From positions 1 through 48,531 of the forward strand of contig JAZDKU010000006.1 of assembly GCA_043802745.1 (NCBI GenBank): a stretch of DNA of 48,531 bases. The letters run 5' to 3'. Positions 23,596 to 32,875 of the stretch are shown here, piece after piece. How positions within the stretch are numbered: position 1 is the first letter of the stretch; each line of letters begins with the position of its first letter. The notes beneath the pieces are model-generated. The model was not told the DNA's origin and did no database searches. It worked only from the letters and a program-made list of their open reading frames with translations. The stretch is from a bacterium. GTDB lineage: Bacteria; Patescibacteriota; Minisyncoccia; Minisyncoccales; CG1-02-41-26. A program made the translations under genes and the position numbers.

Positions 23596-26310
23596 TTAAT
23601 TAATTTTTAACAACTCAATCTCAAAAATTAAGGTTGCGTTTGGTGGTATGAGACCTCCGGGGCCAGATCCCTGAACTCCATAGGCAAGTTCTGGGGGTAT
23701 TGTTAATTTTCTTCTTTCTCCTGCTTTCATTCCATAAATCCCTTGATTCCAGCCACTAATTACTTGGCTACCCCCCAAAGTAAACTCGAAGGGTGGTTTG
23801 CCTTGTTCGTTTAAATCAAATACTGTGCCATTTGATGCAAGCTTTCCTGTGTAATAAACTGAAAGCTTGTCTCCACGGCTGGCTGTTATGCCCGAGCCCT
23901 GTTTCAATGTTTCAATCTTTAAAGCCTTTATTATATTAAGACAAGCTTGGTTAGAAGCACTCACTTTTTTATCTGGGGTTTCAATTTTAATTTTATAGCA
24001 CGGATATTTTGTAAGATAATCAATGTTATCAGGAATATTCCATTCAAAAAAATGCTCGTCAGGGTCATTCCAGGATACTCCATAAGTAGACGGGCCATTA
24101 TATCTTGACTTTGAGTCAATATTGGTGGCAATAGAATAGCCATCAGAAGAACCCTCGAAAGACATTGGCAAAGAAGCCTGGTTGTATCCAATTAAAAAGA
24201 TATTTACCTTTTCTATGGCCTTTGCTACCCATAAAATTGTTGTTGAATTGCCAATATTGAATTTTTGTCCTTCTGTGGGAGAAATAGCATTTATGTAAGG
24301 TTTGATACAGACTCCGTTCTCGCAAGCTTGTGGACATTTGTATTGCTCCATGCCAACAGGATTTTTAAGATTGCCTGTTTTATAATATTCCATTAATATG
24401 CCCCTGTCCTCTTCTTTGCCAGTAAAATCATACAAACACTTATCCTCCATACCTGGCATATCTTTAACCGTTTTACCATTTACCATAATACCAGAAGATT
24501 CTTTGGTGTATACAACCGTACCCTTTATAAAATAATTTTTTCCTGAATCTGATTCGGTAAACAAGCCTGTTCCAGAGCTAAGCTTGGCGTAAACAGGTTC
24601 GCTCCAATCACTACAAATTCTCAAAGCCTTGTCGCGACAGGACTTAACAGCAAAAGTATAGTAATTATTCCATTGCATTTTACCCACTGGCCCGCCCATC
24701 ATTGTTTTCTCATAGGGGCTGACTGTGCCCCAAGTAAGAAAATCCTTTTCATCCTTGCCAATAATCTTCTTCTCTCCTTCCCAAATTCCCATAAAAGCAA
24801 TGCCAGTAAAAAACATTGAAGAAGATGAGTTATCTAAAAGTATGGCCGGAGCAATAGTATGGATTTTTGAATTATTGGCTGGGTAGATAATTTTGGGGGG
24901 CATTGGAGCGAGGATGTCAGCTATGGTTTGGAATTCTGTTGGCGCTTGAATATCTAGGGGCCTATCAAAATCTGAAAGGTTTATATCCGCCATTACGTTC
25001 ATAGTCGTGCTTGCTTCGCTATAATTTTTAAAATTTAGTTCTTTGTTAAATTTAAAACGGTAAACAAACTCGTCTTTTTGGCCAATCCATACATCAGCCG
25101 TAATTTCGCCAACTTGCCCGAAAAAGTCGTCTAAACTTTTGCTAAATTCTTTCTTGCCAGCTTCTTCTCGGTCTTGCTGGCTAATTTCAGCTGTAGGTGG
25201 GCAAATAAAGGTTTTGCCATCACAATAGCCAGCTATTTGAGGATTTTTACTTATGTTTGCCTTACCCGTGCTATCAGTACAATAATAGTAGCCCTCAACA
25301 GTCAAAGGGCTGAAAGAGCAATAGCTTTCTCGATTAGTAAAAATAATGGGCATAACCCCAGCATGCTTTTCAATTTCTTTACAAAGAACAACGGCATCTT
25401 GTGTGGAGCAAGAAAAATCCTTGTAGCTACCAGTATCGGAGTCGATATAAACAGCTACAGTGCGCATTTGAGACATAGCGGAAATAATCCTGCTTTCTTT
25501 GGCTCGACCCGTAGCCGAAGGAAAGCTTGATAATAGCGCCAATGGGGATAAAATGCTACTTATTGAAGAAGTAGAATGTTCGATATTAAAATCTAAAATA
25601 AACTTTTTAACCTCGGGCGCATTAAGAGCTAAAATATAATGATATGTTTTTTGGCCATTAATATTTTCATCTGCTAACTTATTTTTAATAGTGAAAAAAC
25701 TTCCACTTTTGATAAATTGGGCTACTTTTTCATAGCTTTCTTTTGATTTTGCAATATTATTATCAAGCTCTGCATTAAACTCTGATGTGTCTGTTGCATC
25801 CATATCCTCTCCCAACATACCGCCAAAGGCGCTTGAAAAAGAGTCTTTGGACAGCCCAACCCATTTATTTTTTACTTTATCAATGTTAATGCCGACATAA
25901 GAAAGAACTTTTTCTTCTTCAATAAAGCTAGGTATCCTAGTTATTTTTAAATAACCCTCTTCCCCTATTTTTTTAACCTCTCCAGCTATTGGATATTCTT
26001 TGCCTTTTACTGATGTATTTATATCAAAAGCAGAATTAAACTTTATTTTTTGCGGATCAGTTTTATTGTTATCATGAGTAATGGTTGCTTTTAGATTAAA
26101 ATCTTTCTGAGTAAATTCAAAATTTGAATTAATTTTAAGCGCTTTTAGCCCCCATGTTTTGATTAAAGCTTTTTGAACCAACTCCTTGGCATTAGATTGA
26201 AAGGGATTCCACGCTGGATTCCATACTTTGCTATAAAGCAACCCTCCGCTTACCACAGACAATGCTATGAGAACTCCTACTGCTACAATAAAAATTTTAG
26301 CCTGATTCAT
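23596..26310 (-). CDS. large membrane-anchored multidomain protein with an internal pilin-like segment and a C-terminal FKBP-type peptidyl-prolyl isomerase domain
   Basis: N-terminal anchor (IFIVAVGVLIALSVV). The internal segment GRAKESRIISAMSQMRTVAVYIDSDTGSYKDFSC...YYYCTDSTGKA resembles a type IV pilin-like globular domain. The C-terminus GDKLSVYYTGKL.NGTVFD...FEFTLGGSQVISGWNQGIYGMKAGERRKLTIPPELAYG is FKBP_C. Confidence 0.7.
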   Translation of the reverse strand: MNQAKIFIVAVGVLIALSVVSGGLLYSKVWNPAWNPFQSNAKELVQKALIKTWGLKALKINSNFEFTQKDFNLKATITHDNNKTDPQKIKFNSAFDINTSVKGKEYPIAGEVKKIGEEGYLKITRIPSFIEEEKVLSYVGINIDKVKNKWVGLSKDSFSSAFGGMLGEDMDATDTSEFNAELDNNIAKSKESYEKVAQFIKSGSFFTIKNKLADENINGQKTYHYILALNAPEVKKFILDFNIEHSTSSISSILSPLALLSSFPSATGRAKESRIISAMSQMRTVAVYIDSDTGSYKDFSCSTQDAVVLCKEIEKHAGVMPIIFTNRESYCSFSPLTVEGYYYCTDSTGKANISKNPQIAGYCDGKTFICPPTAEISQQDREEAGKKEFSKSLDDFFGQVGEITADVWIGQKDEFVYRFKFNKELNFKNYSEASTTMNVMADINLSDFDRPLDIQAPTEFQTIADILAPMPPKIIYPANNSKIHTIAPAILLDNSSSSMFFTGIAFMGIWEGEKKIIGKDEKDFLTWGTVSPYEKTMMGGPVGKMQWNNYYTFAVKSCRDKALRICSDWSEPVYAKLSSGTGLFTESDSGKNYFIKGTVVYTKESSGIMVNGKTVKDMPGMEDKCLYDFTGKEEDRGILMEYYKTGNLKNPVGMEQYKCPQACENGVCIKPYINAISPTEGQKFNIGNSTTILWVAKAIEKVNIFLIGYNQASLPMSFEGSSDGYSIATNIDSKSRYNGPSTYGVSWNDPDEHFFEWNIPDNIDYLTKYPCYKIKIETPDKKVSASNQACLNIIKALKIETLKQGSGITASRGDKLSVYYTGKLASNGTVFDLNEQGKPPFEFTLGGSQVISGWNQGIYGMKAGERRKLTIPPELAYGVQGSGPGGLIPPNATLIFEIELLKIN

Positions 26311-26368
26311 ATAAATTTAATATTATTTTATTATTTATATATCTTATACTTTATTTGCTAAAAGTTAA

Positions 26369-26415
26369 AGAAAAAGCAAACCCCCCACCATCCGCCAGTT
26401 GGCGGAGGCAGGGGG
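26369..26415 (-). terminator. rho-independent terminator-like hairpin
   Basis: On the minus strand: CCCCCTGCCTCCGCC-AACT-GGCGGATGGTGGGGGG followed by TTTGCTTTTTCTTT. It contains CCGCCAGTTGGCGG. Confidence 0.55.
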
Positions 26416-26440
26416 TGCTTGTTTGCCCTACTTACTACAC

Positions 26441-26788
26441 TTACTTACCCTTCTTAACTGTTAAAAGAGGGGTGAGAATTATTAATAAATAGCCAACCAT
26501 CACATTCCAATCACCAAATATACTGGTGGTGGTGAATTTAACTGTAATAAGATAATCCAAGGCTAAAACAATAGCGGCCCAGATAAGGCCAACAGAAATA
26601 GCCATTATTTGCGAGCTTGGCTTAAAGTTTTTAGCTAGCAAAAGAGTGATGATAAAAACCGCCAATACTGTGCTAATTTTAACTACTGCGTCAGTTAATG
26701 GTATTTTAAAAGCAATAAAGGGTGAAACAACCACAAAGGCTACTACCCAGATTAAAATACCAAAACCAATAATTTTTAAAGGATTCAT
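26441..26788 (-). CDS. small integral membrane protein (115 aa, about 4 TM)
   Basis: Hydrophobic throughout. No motif recognised. Confidence 0.5.
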   Translation of the reverse strand: MNPLKIIGFGILIWVVAFVVVSPFIAFKIPLTDAVVKISTVLAVFIITLLLAKNFKPSSQIMAISVGLIWAAIVLALDYLITVKFTTTSIFGDWNVMVGYLLIILTPLLTVKKGK

Positions 26789-26793
26789 TGTTT

Positions 26794-27468
26794 TTATTTT
26801 AATTTTTCTTTAAGGTTTTCTAGGGTTTCTTTGGCCATATCTTTACCCCCTATGCCAAAGGCCAACCCCCCGGCAATGACTATTAAGGCTACCACGCCCG
26901 TGACCAGTATCTGGATTATTTCTGGAGCAATGCCTAATTGCCCTAAAATTGCCAGCAAAGCAAAAATCCAAATAGCCCATTTAACAATAGCGCCAACCAT
27001 TCCCACATACTTAACATTCATTTTGCCAACAAAAGCTTTCATCATTTTCCCCAAAAATTCAGAGGCAATAACAGCCACAATAAATATAGCCACCGAGATG
27101 ACCACATTTGGCAACCAATCAACAATTCCGCCTAAAAACCCAGCAAACTGATTCATACCTAAAATTTCCACCGCCACTGATAAGAAAACAATTATTAAAA
27201 TCCATTTAATTAAAGCGCCGACAAATTCAGACATTTCCATTTTAAAGTCTGCTTTTTCCATAGCTTCTTGCCATTTAGCTTTGACAAAGATGGAGTCAAA
27301 TTTTGCTTTCTTTAAAACCATTGTTAAAAGCTTTCCAACCCAAACAGCAATAAGCCAGCCAATTATAAAGATAATGGCTGCGCCAATTAGCTTTGGCACA
27401 AAACTCGCAATACCTCCCCAAAAACTTTGTAAAGCGCCCAAAGTTACAGTTGACCAATCTTGTATCAT
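26794..27468 (-). CDS. membrane protein with repeated conserved-TM-helix segments (MscS-N-terminal-like)
   Basis: Repeated pattern (FLGGIVDWLPNVVISVAIFIVAVIA, FVPKLIGAAIIFIIGWLIAVWV) as in the conserved TM helix repeat family. Confidence 0.5.
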   Translation of the reverse strand: MIQDWSTVTLGALQSFWGGIASFVPKLIGAAIIFIIGWLIAVWVGKLLTMVLKKAKFDSIFVKAKWQEAMEKADFKMEMSEFVGALIKWILIIVFLSVAVEILGMNQFAGFLGGIVDWLPNVVISVAIFIVAVIASEFLGKMMKAFVGKMNVKYVGMVGAIVKWAIWIFALLAILGQLGIAPEIIQILVTGVVALIVIAGGLAFGIGGKDMAKETLENLKEKLK

Positions 27469-27570
27469 AAATTTTTAAATTTTATTTTAAATTTACGACC
27501 TTTTCAATTTATTTATTATAGCCAATCCCCTACTACTTTGGCAGAGGTAAAGCTATTTAGTTGTGGATAA

Positions 27571-28434
27571 CTATGGTTGGAAGAGTTCTTCGGGGATAAA
27601 CTTAACTTCGCTAACTTCGGGAAATTGCTTGGCTGTGGCTTCGATTTGATTCCACAGTATACTCACACGACAAGACCCCCCGCCTGTTTTATTATTAGGA
27701 TCGTTAAAATCTAAAGTTAAAACTTTGTTATTTAAAGATGCTCCTTGTAAAACAAAACCAGGTAAAGGATACTCGGTGGTAATACCCTGGGCCTTTTCTT
27801 GACTAGTTAGCTCGCCTTTTAATAACAACTTAATAGCGTCTTGGATAGGCGTTTGTGTGAGGGGAATTTGCCTTTCCACCCCCACCAATCCCTTTTCTGA
27901 ACAAGCAATATTGTCTAAATTAGGATTATAATAATAAAGCTTTATGTCTCTCTGCTCTAAGCTTGCTGAAGGATTTTGCAAAACAACAGGTATGCGGATT
28001 TCTTTTTCGTTTTCGGGCAAACCCGAGGGGTTATCGTTCATTAAGACCAAAATAGCTGGCTGGGTGGTGGTGGCAATTTTAAAATTTAAAATTGATTTAA
28101 AGGGCACAAAATTTTCCACCATCCAATCCCCCTGCGCCTGAGCAAAAGTTGAAGTAATCGTATTGCCAGATAAGTCTAGTAAAGCCACGGGAAATGTAGC
28201 TTCAAAATACCAACCGCCTCTCGCTTGGCCTGTTATAGTAAACGGGCTTTGGATAACTTGATTTGGGTTTGGGCTGTCCACTTTAATTAAATCGCTATAT
28301 TGATTGGCTAAAGTTGTGGTAGTATTTGGATTTGGCACAACAACTTCTTCTTTATCTTGCTTTTGCGAAAACAAAAACCATGCCAAAGCCCCAACCACAG
28401 CAACTAACAAAATTACAATAAGTATTTTTTTCAT
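27571..28434 (-). CDS. secreted Gmad2 Ig-like plus GerMN domain protein
   Basis: Signal anchor. PFTITGQARGGWYFEATFPVALLD (Gmad2-like). The C-terminal KLYYYN...CSEKGLVGVERQIP...AIKLLLKG...LTLDF is GerMN-like. Confidence 0.6.
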   Translation of the reverse strand: MKKILIVILLVAVVGALAWFLFSQKQDKEEVVVPNPNTTTTLANQYSDLIKVDSPNPNQVIQSPFTITGQARGGWYFEATFPVALLDLSGNTITSTFAQAQGDWMVENFVPFKSILNFKIATTTQPAILVLMNDNPSGLPENEKEIRIPVVLQNPSASLEQRDIKLYYYNPNLDNIACSEKGLVGVERQIPLTQTPIQDAIKLLLKGELTSQEKAQGITTEYPLPGFVLQGASLNNKVLTLDFNDPNNKTGGGSCRVSILWNQIEATAKQFPEVSEVKFIPEELFQP

Positions 28435-28436
28435 AT

Positions 28437-28479
28437 GTTAGAAATCGTTAATGAGTGAAACGAATTTACGAGTTCTTAC
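28437..28479 (-). repeat. conserved hairpin element, copy 2
   Basis: Arms are gttagaaatcgt / acgagttcttac and the loop is taatgagtgaaacgaattt. On the transcribed strand it ends 2 nt before the ATG at 28434. A second hairpin is at 28480-28520. Confidence 0.7.
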
Positions 28480-28530
28480 ACCCCGTTAAACGCGACCTCA
28501 AGGAGCTGTTTAACTGGGGTATTCTTAATT

Positions 28531-29853
28531 CTACTTTTTTAATTGAGATTTGTAAACGCTAGAGCGCCCGCCATAGCCAGCCAATAAAACGCTATACTCT
28601 GGCACTTTGAAAACTTGCAAGCGATTGTCTAAAAAATCAGAAAAAACCATTTGCTGGCCATTGGGTGAAACAGCCAAAGCTGTTGGCTGGTTGCCTCCAA
28701 CAATGGCGTCCAGCATATTGCCAGTTTGCGTGTCAAACAATAAAACACTCCCCCATTCCGGACCCGGAATATAATAATTTTCCGCAGTGGCATTGACTCC
28801 GCGACACGAAACAAACAAAACTTTTTTATCTGGACTTAGGGCTATGGTATTTGGGTTTGTGTCTGTGGTGGCGAATTTCTTAACTTGGTCCGTGGCTAAA
28901 TCAACTTGCATAATAGACATTTTTCCCATATCAGAAACATAGAGCACTCCCCTATTTTCATCTCCCACAATATGGCGCATAGCTCCATTGCTTTTGTAAA
29001 TAACTTTTCCTTGGCCTGTTTTTAAATCTACTTTTTGGATTTCGCCCTTATCAAAACCAGCCACATATAAAAAGTTTCCGTCTTTGGTGGCATACATTCC
29101 TCGCGGAGTTTTTACGGTTGGTATTTGGCGGATTGTTTTACCTGTTTCAATATCAATTTCTGTGACAGTGTTGCCCACCCAATTAGAAGCAAACAAACTT
29201 TGCCCATCGCTTGAAAAATCAAGTTCTTTTGTCCAGTTGCCTTTGGTGTCAAAAACCTGCAAAACTTTTTTTGTGGCTGTGTCTATTTCAAAAACTTGGG
29301 CTGTTTCCATTTGGCTCACATAGGCTTTTGAGCCGTCTTTAGCAAAAATCATTTCCACTCCCCCGCCGTTTGCCAAGTTAATATTAGCAATATTTTTGCC
29401 TGTGCCAGCGTCAAACACAGCCACACCTCGCGATTTATTTAAAAGCAAAGTAGCCCAAATTTCTTGGCCGTTTGGGCTAAAAGAGGCGCCCTTGGGAGCT
29501 GGCACCGAATTTATATTAAATAAGTGATGCACTAGTTGCCCTGGTAAATCAGCTAAGTTACTTTTAATATTATTAACTAAGGGCGCTGAAGTTGTTGCTT
29601 GCACTGAGCCTGCCGAAGTGCTTGTCGAATCCGTCGAAGTGGCTTGCCCTGCTTGCCCGCCGAAGTCTTGACGAAGGCGAGAGCTTGTCGAAGTGGCTTG
29701 CCCTGAGCGAGTGGAGCGAGCCGAAGGGTTTGTTATGGCAAAATTCGCGCTTGATAGCTCCTCAAGCCTTTCTTTATTTTTTGAAAAATATAAAAAAAAT
29801 CCACTTGCCAACAAACAAGCTACTAGAATTATAATAAATAACCTTTTTATCAT
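28531..29853 (-). CDS. YncE/YVTN-type beta-propeller repeat protein with a low-complexity GC-rich N-terminal linker
   Basis: Repeated G..P.g.a.spdG..lyV-type blades (FSPNGQEIWAT, AKDGSKAYVS, SSDGQSLFAS, TKDGNFLYVA, SPDKKVLFVS, SPNGQQMVFS). The N-terminal anchor is followed by an STRSGQATSTSS...GGQAGQATST linker. Confidence 0.7.
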   Translation of the reverse strand: MIKRLFIIILVACLLASGFFLYFSKNKERLEELSSANFAITNPSARSTRSGQATSTSSRLRQDFGGQAGQATSTDSTSTSAGSVQATTSAPLVNNIKSNLADLPGQLVHHLFNINSVPAPKGASFSPNGQEIWATLLLNKSRGVAVFDAGTGKNIANINLANGGGVEMIFAKDGSKAYVSQMETAQVFEIDTATKKVLQVFDTKGNWTKELDFSSDGQSLFASNWVGNTVTEIDIETGKTIRQIPTVKTPRGMYATKDGNFLYVAGFDKGEIQKVDLKTGQGKVIYKSNGAMRHIVGDENRGVLYVSDMGKMSIMQVDLATDQVKKFATTDTNPNTIALSPDKKVLFVSCRGVNATAENYYIPGPEWGSVLLFDTQTGNMLDAIVGGNQPTALAVSPNGQQMVFSDFLDNRLQVFKVPEYSVLLAGYGGRSSVYKSQLKK

Positions 29854-29946
29854 ATTTACTTATAATAATATTTTATTTCATAAAATAAAACCGCCCAACC
29901 AGTACACAATGACTGGTTGGGGGAATTTAAAAAAACAGGTCATCCT

Positions 29947-30852
29947 CTACCCTTCAGAAATACTCTTGCCCTCGTTTAACCATTTAATAAGCTCGGCTGA
30001 AGCGACTTCGACTACACCTCTGGCATTGACAATACCATATGCCATAGCATTTATAGCCAAACATAAACCTTCTTTTTCTTTTGTTGAGTTTACCTCAAGC
30101 TCCCTTTTTTTTAATGCGATAAAAAAACTGTAAAGCATTTGAACTGGAAATACTGCTTCGTCTGACCCGACCCTATATTCATAGCAAAATTTAATCGTCT
30201 TTTTGAGAAATTCCTGCGCCCTATCTACTGCTTGCTTATGGGGACTAAAACACATACTCACTTGAAATTCAAGTATAGATACAATTTGAGAAGGCAAAAC
30301 TAACCAGTTATCCAATAAATACCAAAACTTTTCAATAGTATAAACCTGATTATCTCCGGCTCTTTTATCCATTACTTTCCTTGTTTCGTTCCATCCAATT
30401 AAAGGATCCTTTTGTGGAGCCTGATTGCAAGTTTTTGCAATATCAAAAAGTAAATTAATATAACCACCAATGTCAGAGCTCTTCTCTTCCGCTATCTTGC
30501 CAATAACGAAAACCAGATCCTCTAAATCCACAAACGGATTCTGTTGACCTGCCCTACTAAGAGCTTTAGCCACCAAAAATGAATTTGTTTTTGCACTTTT
30601 TGGTAATCGTATTAGCTCAGCACAGATATCTCCTGCCAAAGTTGAATCGAGCTTTCCTGAAAGGTTACTACTATGAAAATTACCCTTAAACAATTCCTCT
30701 AAGAATACAGCGACTCTTTTACTAAACCTACTTTCGAATCCTTCAAACATTCTCAATCCTCCATTTTTTCTGCCTCTCAACAGAAAAAAATTCTTATTCC
30801 TCTCGGAACAAGCTGTTATAATTGCTTCTCTTGAAGCATTTTTATAGAACAC
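29947..30852 (-). CDS. hypothetical soluble protein (301 aa)
   Basis: Long ORF with no TM helix and no recognised motif. An alternative start (MFEGFES) lies at 30750. Confidence 0.5.
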   Translation of the reverse strand: MFYKNASREAIITACSERNKNFFLLRGRKNGGLRMFEGFESRFSKRVAVFLEELFKGNFHSSNLSGKLDSTLAGDICAELIRLPKSAKTNSFLVAKALSRAGQQNPFVDLEDLVFVIGKIAEEKSSDIGGYINLLFDIAKTCNQAPQKDPLIGWNETRKVMDKRAGDNQVYTIEKFWYLLDNWLVLPSQIVSILEFQVSMCFSPHKQAVDRAQEFLKKTIKFCYEYRVGSDEAVFPVQMLYSFFIALKKRELEVNSTKEKEGLCLAINAMAYGIVNARGVVEVASAELIKWLNEGKSISEG

Positions 30853-30875
30853 GCCCTAAAATTAGCATGGCCAGG

Positions 30876-30911
30876 CCAAAAAAACAAGCCCCGAGCTAAC
30901 TGGTTCGGGGC
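30876..30911 (-). terminator. rho-independent terminator after the SPFH gene
   Basis: On the minus strand: GCCCCGA-loop-TCGGGGC followed by TTGTTTTTTTGG. Confidence 0.6.
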
Positions 30912-30929
30912 GGTAAAATTAAAGTTTTA

Positions 30930-31727
30930 TTATTTTACTTCGGGGAATTTTTTGCCATATCTTTCAAAGGCTCGCAAAACTTCTAAAGGCATTGCAAAAA
31001 CTATAGTATTTGACTGATCCGATGAAATATCATTTATGCTTTGCAAGGTTCGCAAGTGCAAAGCGCCATCAGAGGATGTGAGTATTTGAGCGGCTTTAGC
31101 TAAGTTTTCAGCAGCCACTAATTCGGCTTCGGCCCTAATAATTATAGATCGCTTTTCTCTTTCTGCCTCGGCCTGCTTGCCAATAACCCTTTTCATTTCT
31201 TCGGGCAAAACAATATCTTTTAACTCCACACTTAAAACTTTGATACCCCAAGGGTCAGAAGCAAGGTCAATAATATTTCTTATGCTCTCTGAAACCCTGT
31301 CTCTTTGGGAAAGCAAGTCGTCTAAATCAACTTGGCCAACCGCATTTCTCATAGTTGTTTGCGCTAATTGTGAAACAGCGTAGAAAAAATCTTCAACCTC
31401 TAAAATCGCTTTTTCGGCCTCTTTAACTTTATAATAAATAACCGCGTTAACAGCCACCGAAATATTATCTTTGGTAATAGCTTCTTGGTTTGGCACATCA
31501 ACCGCTTTTACTCTTAAATCAACTTTTCTGTATGACTGGAATATTGGGAAAACCAATCTCCAGCCTGGCTCCATTGTGCCTGTGTACTTGCCAAGCAAAA
31601 ACTTAATACCTTTTTGGTATTGGTTAATTTGCTTGATAGAAATGAGGATTATAAAAACTATAACCCCCGCGACCCACAAAATTATATTGACCATATGTTT
31701 TATTTGATTTAGCAAGGTACCAAGCAT
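30930..31727 (-). CDS. SPFH/Band-7 (stomatin/slipin-like) protein
   Basis: TM anchor, then VDLRV...VPNQEAITKDNISVAVNAVIYYKV...AQTTMRNAVG...LSVELKDI and a coiled AEAEREKR tail. This is the canonical SPFH series. Confidence 0.85.
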   Translation of the reverse strand: MLGTLLNQIKHMVNIILWVAGVIVFIILISIKQINQYQKGIKFLLGKYTGTMEPGWRLVFPIFQSYRKVDLRVKAVDVPNQEAITKDNISVAVNAVIYYKVKEAEKAILEVEDFFYAVSQLAQTTMRNAVGQVDLDDLLSQRDRVSESIRNIIDLASDPWGIKVLSVELKDIVLPEEMKRVIGKQAEAEREKRSIIIRAEAELVAAENLAKAAQILTSSDGALHLRTLQSINDISSDQSNTIVFAMPLEVLRAFERYGKKFPEVK

Positions 31728-31776
31728 GATTTTGGTAAATCACATGCTGGGCATAACCTTGCTTTAATTTAATTTT

Positions 31777-32319
31777 TTATAACCCAGATTGGCTGTCTTC
31801 AATTGGGTTTTCTTTTATTTTTTGCAATAAAATAGCTTTAAGGGCTTGGGCGCTAGCTTTTTTCAATCCCTGGAGATTTACTTTATTTCCCGAATATCCC
31901 AAATTATCATTTTGCCCGTAAGGAGCCGACTTTGAGCCATAGCTTTTTTTCCACCAGCGGGTTTTGCTGCCACCGCCTGCTTGCGCGGCGTTCTCAATTT
32001 TCAAAGAGGCAAGTCCAAAAATTCTATCAAAAACATCTTGCTTCACAAAAATATTCTGTATTACACCATAGGGTAAATTTCTTTGATTTTTTGATATAAC
32101 ACCTTGCTTGATGTGAAAATATTTGTCATCTAGGGAATAGTGAAAATTTGCTCGAATCAAAGGATTGGCAATTAACATTATGATAAAAGCTAAAACAAGA
32201 TATGGGAAGTAGTATCCAAAAATTATGGCTATTATATTTATCAAAAGTATAATGATTGGCCACTTAAAAATCCAAAGAATTGTTATGGGATAATCTTTTT
32301 CTGTAATAATATTTTCCAT
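31777..32319 (-). CDS. bPH_2 (YdbS/YdbT-like) membrane protein
   Basis: Two TM helices, then YFHIKQGVISKNQRNLPYGVIQNIFVKQDVFDRIFGLASLKIE (bacterial PH domain pattern). Confidence 0.7.
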   Translation of the reverse strand: MENIITEKDYPITILWIFKWPIIILLINIIAIIFGYYFPYLVLAFIIMLIANPLIRANFHYSLDDKYFHIKQGVISKNQRNLPYGVIQNIFVKQDVFDRIFGLASLKIENAAQAGGGSKTRWWKKSYGSKSAPYGQNDNLGYSGNKVNLQGLKKASAQALKAILLQKIKENPIEDSQSGL

Positions 32320-32324
32320 ATATT

Positions 32325-32858
32325 TTATTGATTTTGATTCTTATTTTTACTAATTTTTTGTTGCACTGTTTCAAGCAACATTTTTCTTAAGCCATCGGCT
32401 ACTGACTTCTCAACGCCATCTATATGGGCCTCCATGCCTGAAGAAATTGTGGCGCTAGATAAATGAACATCATAAAGGCCAAAAATTCTATCTAATAAAT
32501 CTTGGTCAACATAAATATCTTGAATACGCTCGTATGGGATAGTAATTTCTTTTGGCGTAATTGGACCTTTTTTAATTTGGATAAAATCTGGGGTTAAATC
32601 ATAAAAATAAACAGCATAATACCATCGCTGATAAAGATAAACCGCTAAAATTATGAGAAATAATAAAATAAAAATTCCAAGAGTGGCAATAATAAACCAA
32701 CCGCCAATTTTACTATTGGTGCTTGAAACAAAAGTAAAAACTCCCCAAATAATGAGCAGTAAGATCGCCCAAACTAAGGTGCCCATAACTGTTTTCTTTA
32801 AGACCTTTTTTGTGCTTAAGGGAAATTTATCCCTTGTTTCACTTTGCGCTATTTTCAT
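32325..32858 (-). CDS. bPH_2 (YdbS/YdbT-like) membrane protein
   Basis: Two TM helices, then FIQIKKGPITPKEITIPYERIQDIYVDQDLLDRIFGLYDVHLSS. Confidence 0.7.
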   Translation of the reverse strand: MKIAQSETRDKFPLSTKKVLKKTVMGTLVWAILLLIIWGVFTFVSSTNSKIGGWFIIATLGIFILLFLIILAVYLYQRWYYAVYFYDLTPDFIQIKKGPITPKEITIPYERIQDIYVDQDLLDRIFGLYDVHLSSATISSGMEAHIDGVEKSVADGLRKMLLETVQQKISKNKNQNQ

Positions 32859-32875
32859 ATGATTTATTTATTTTT

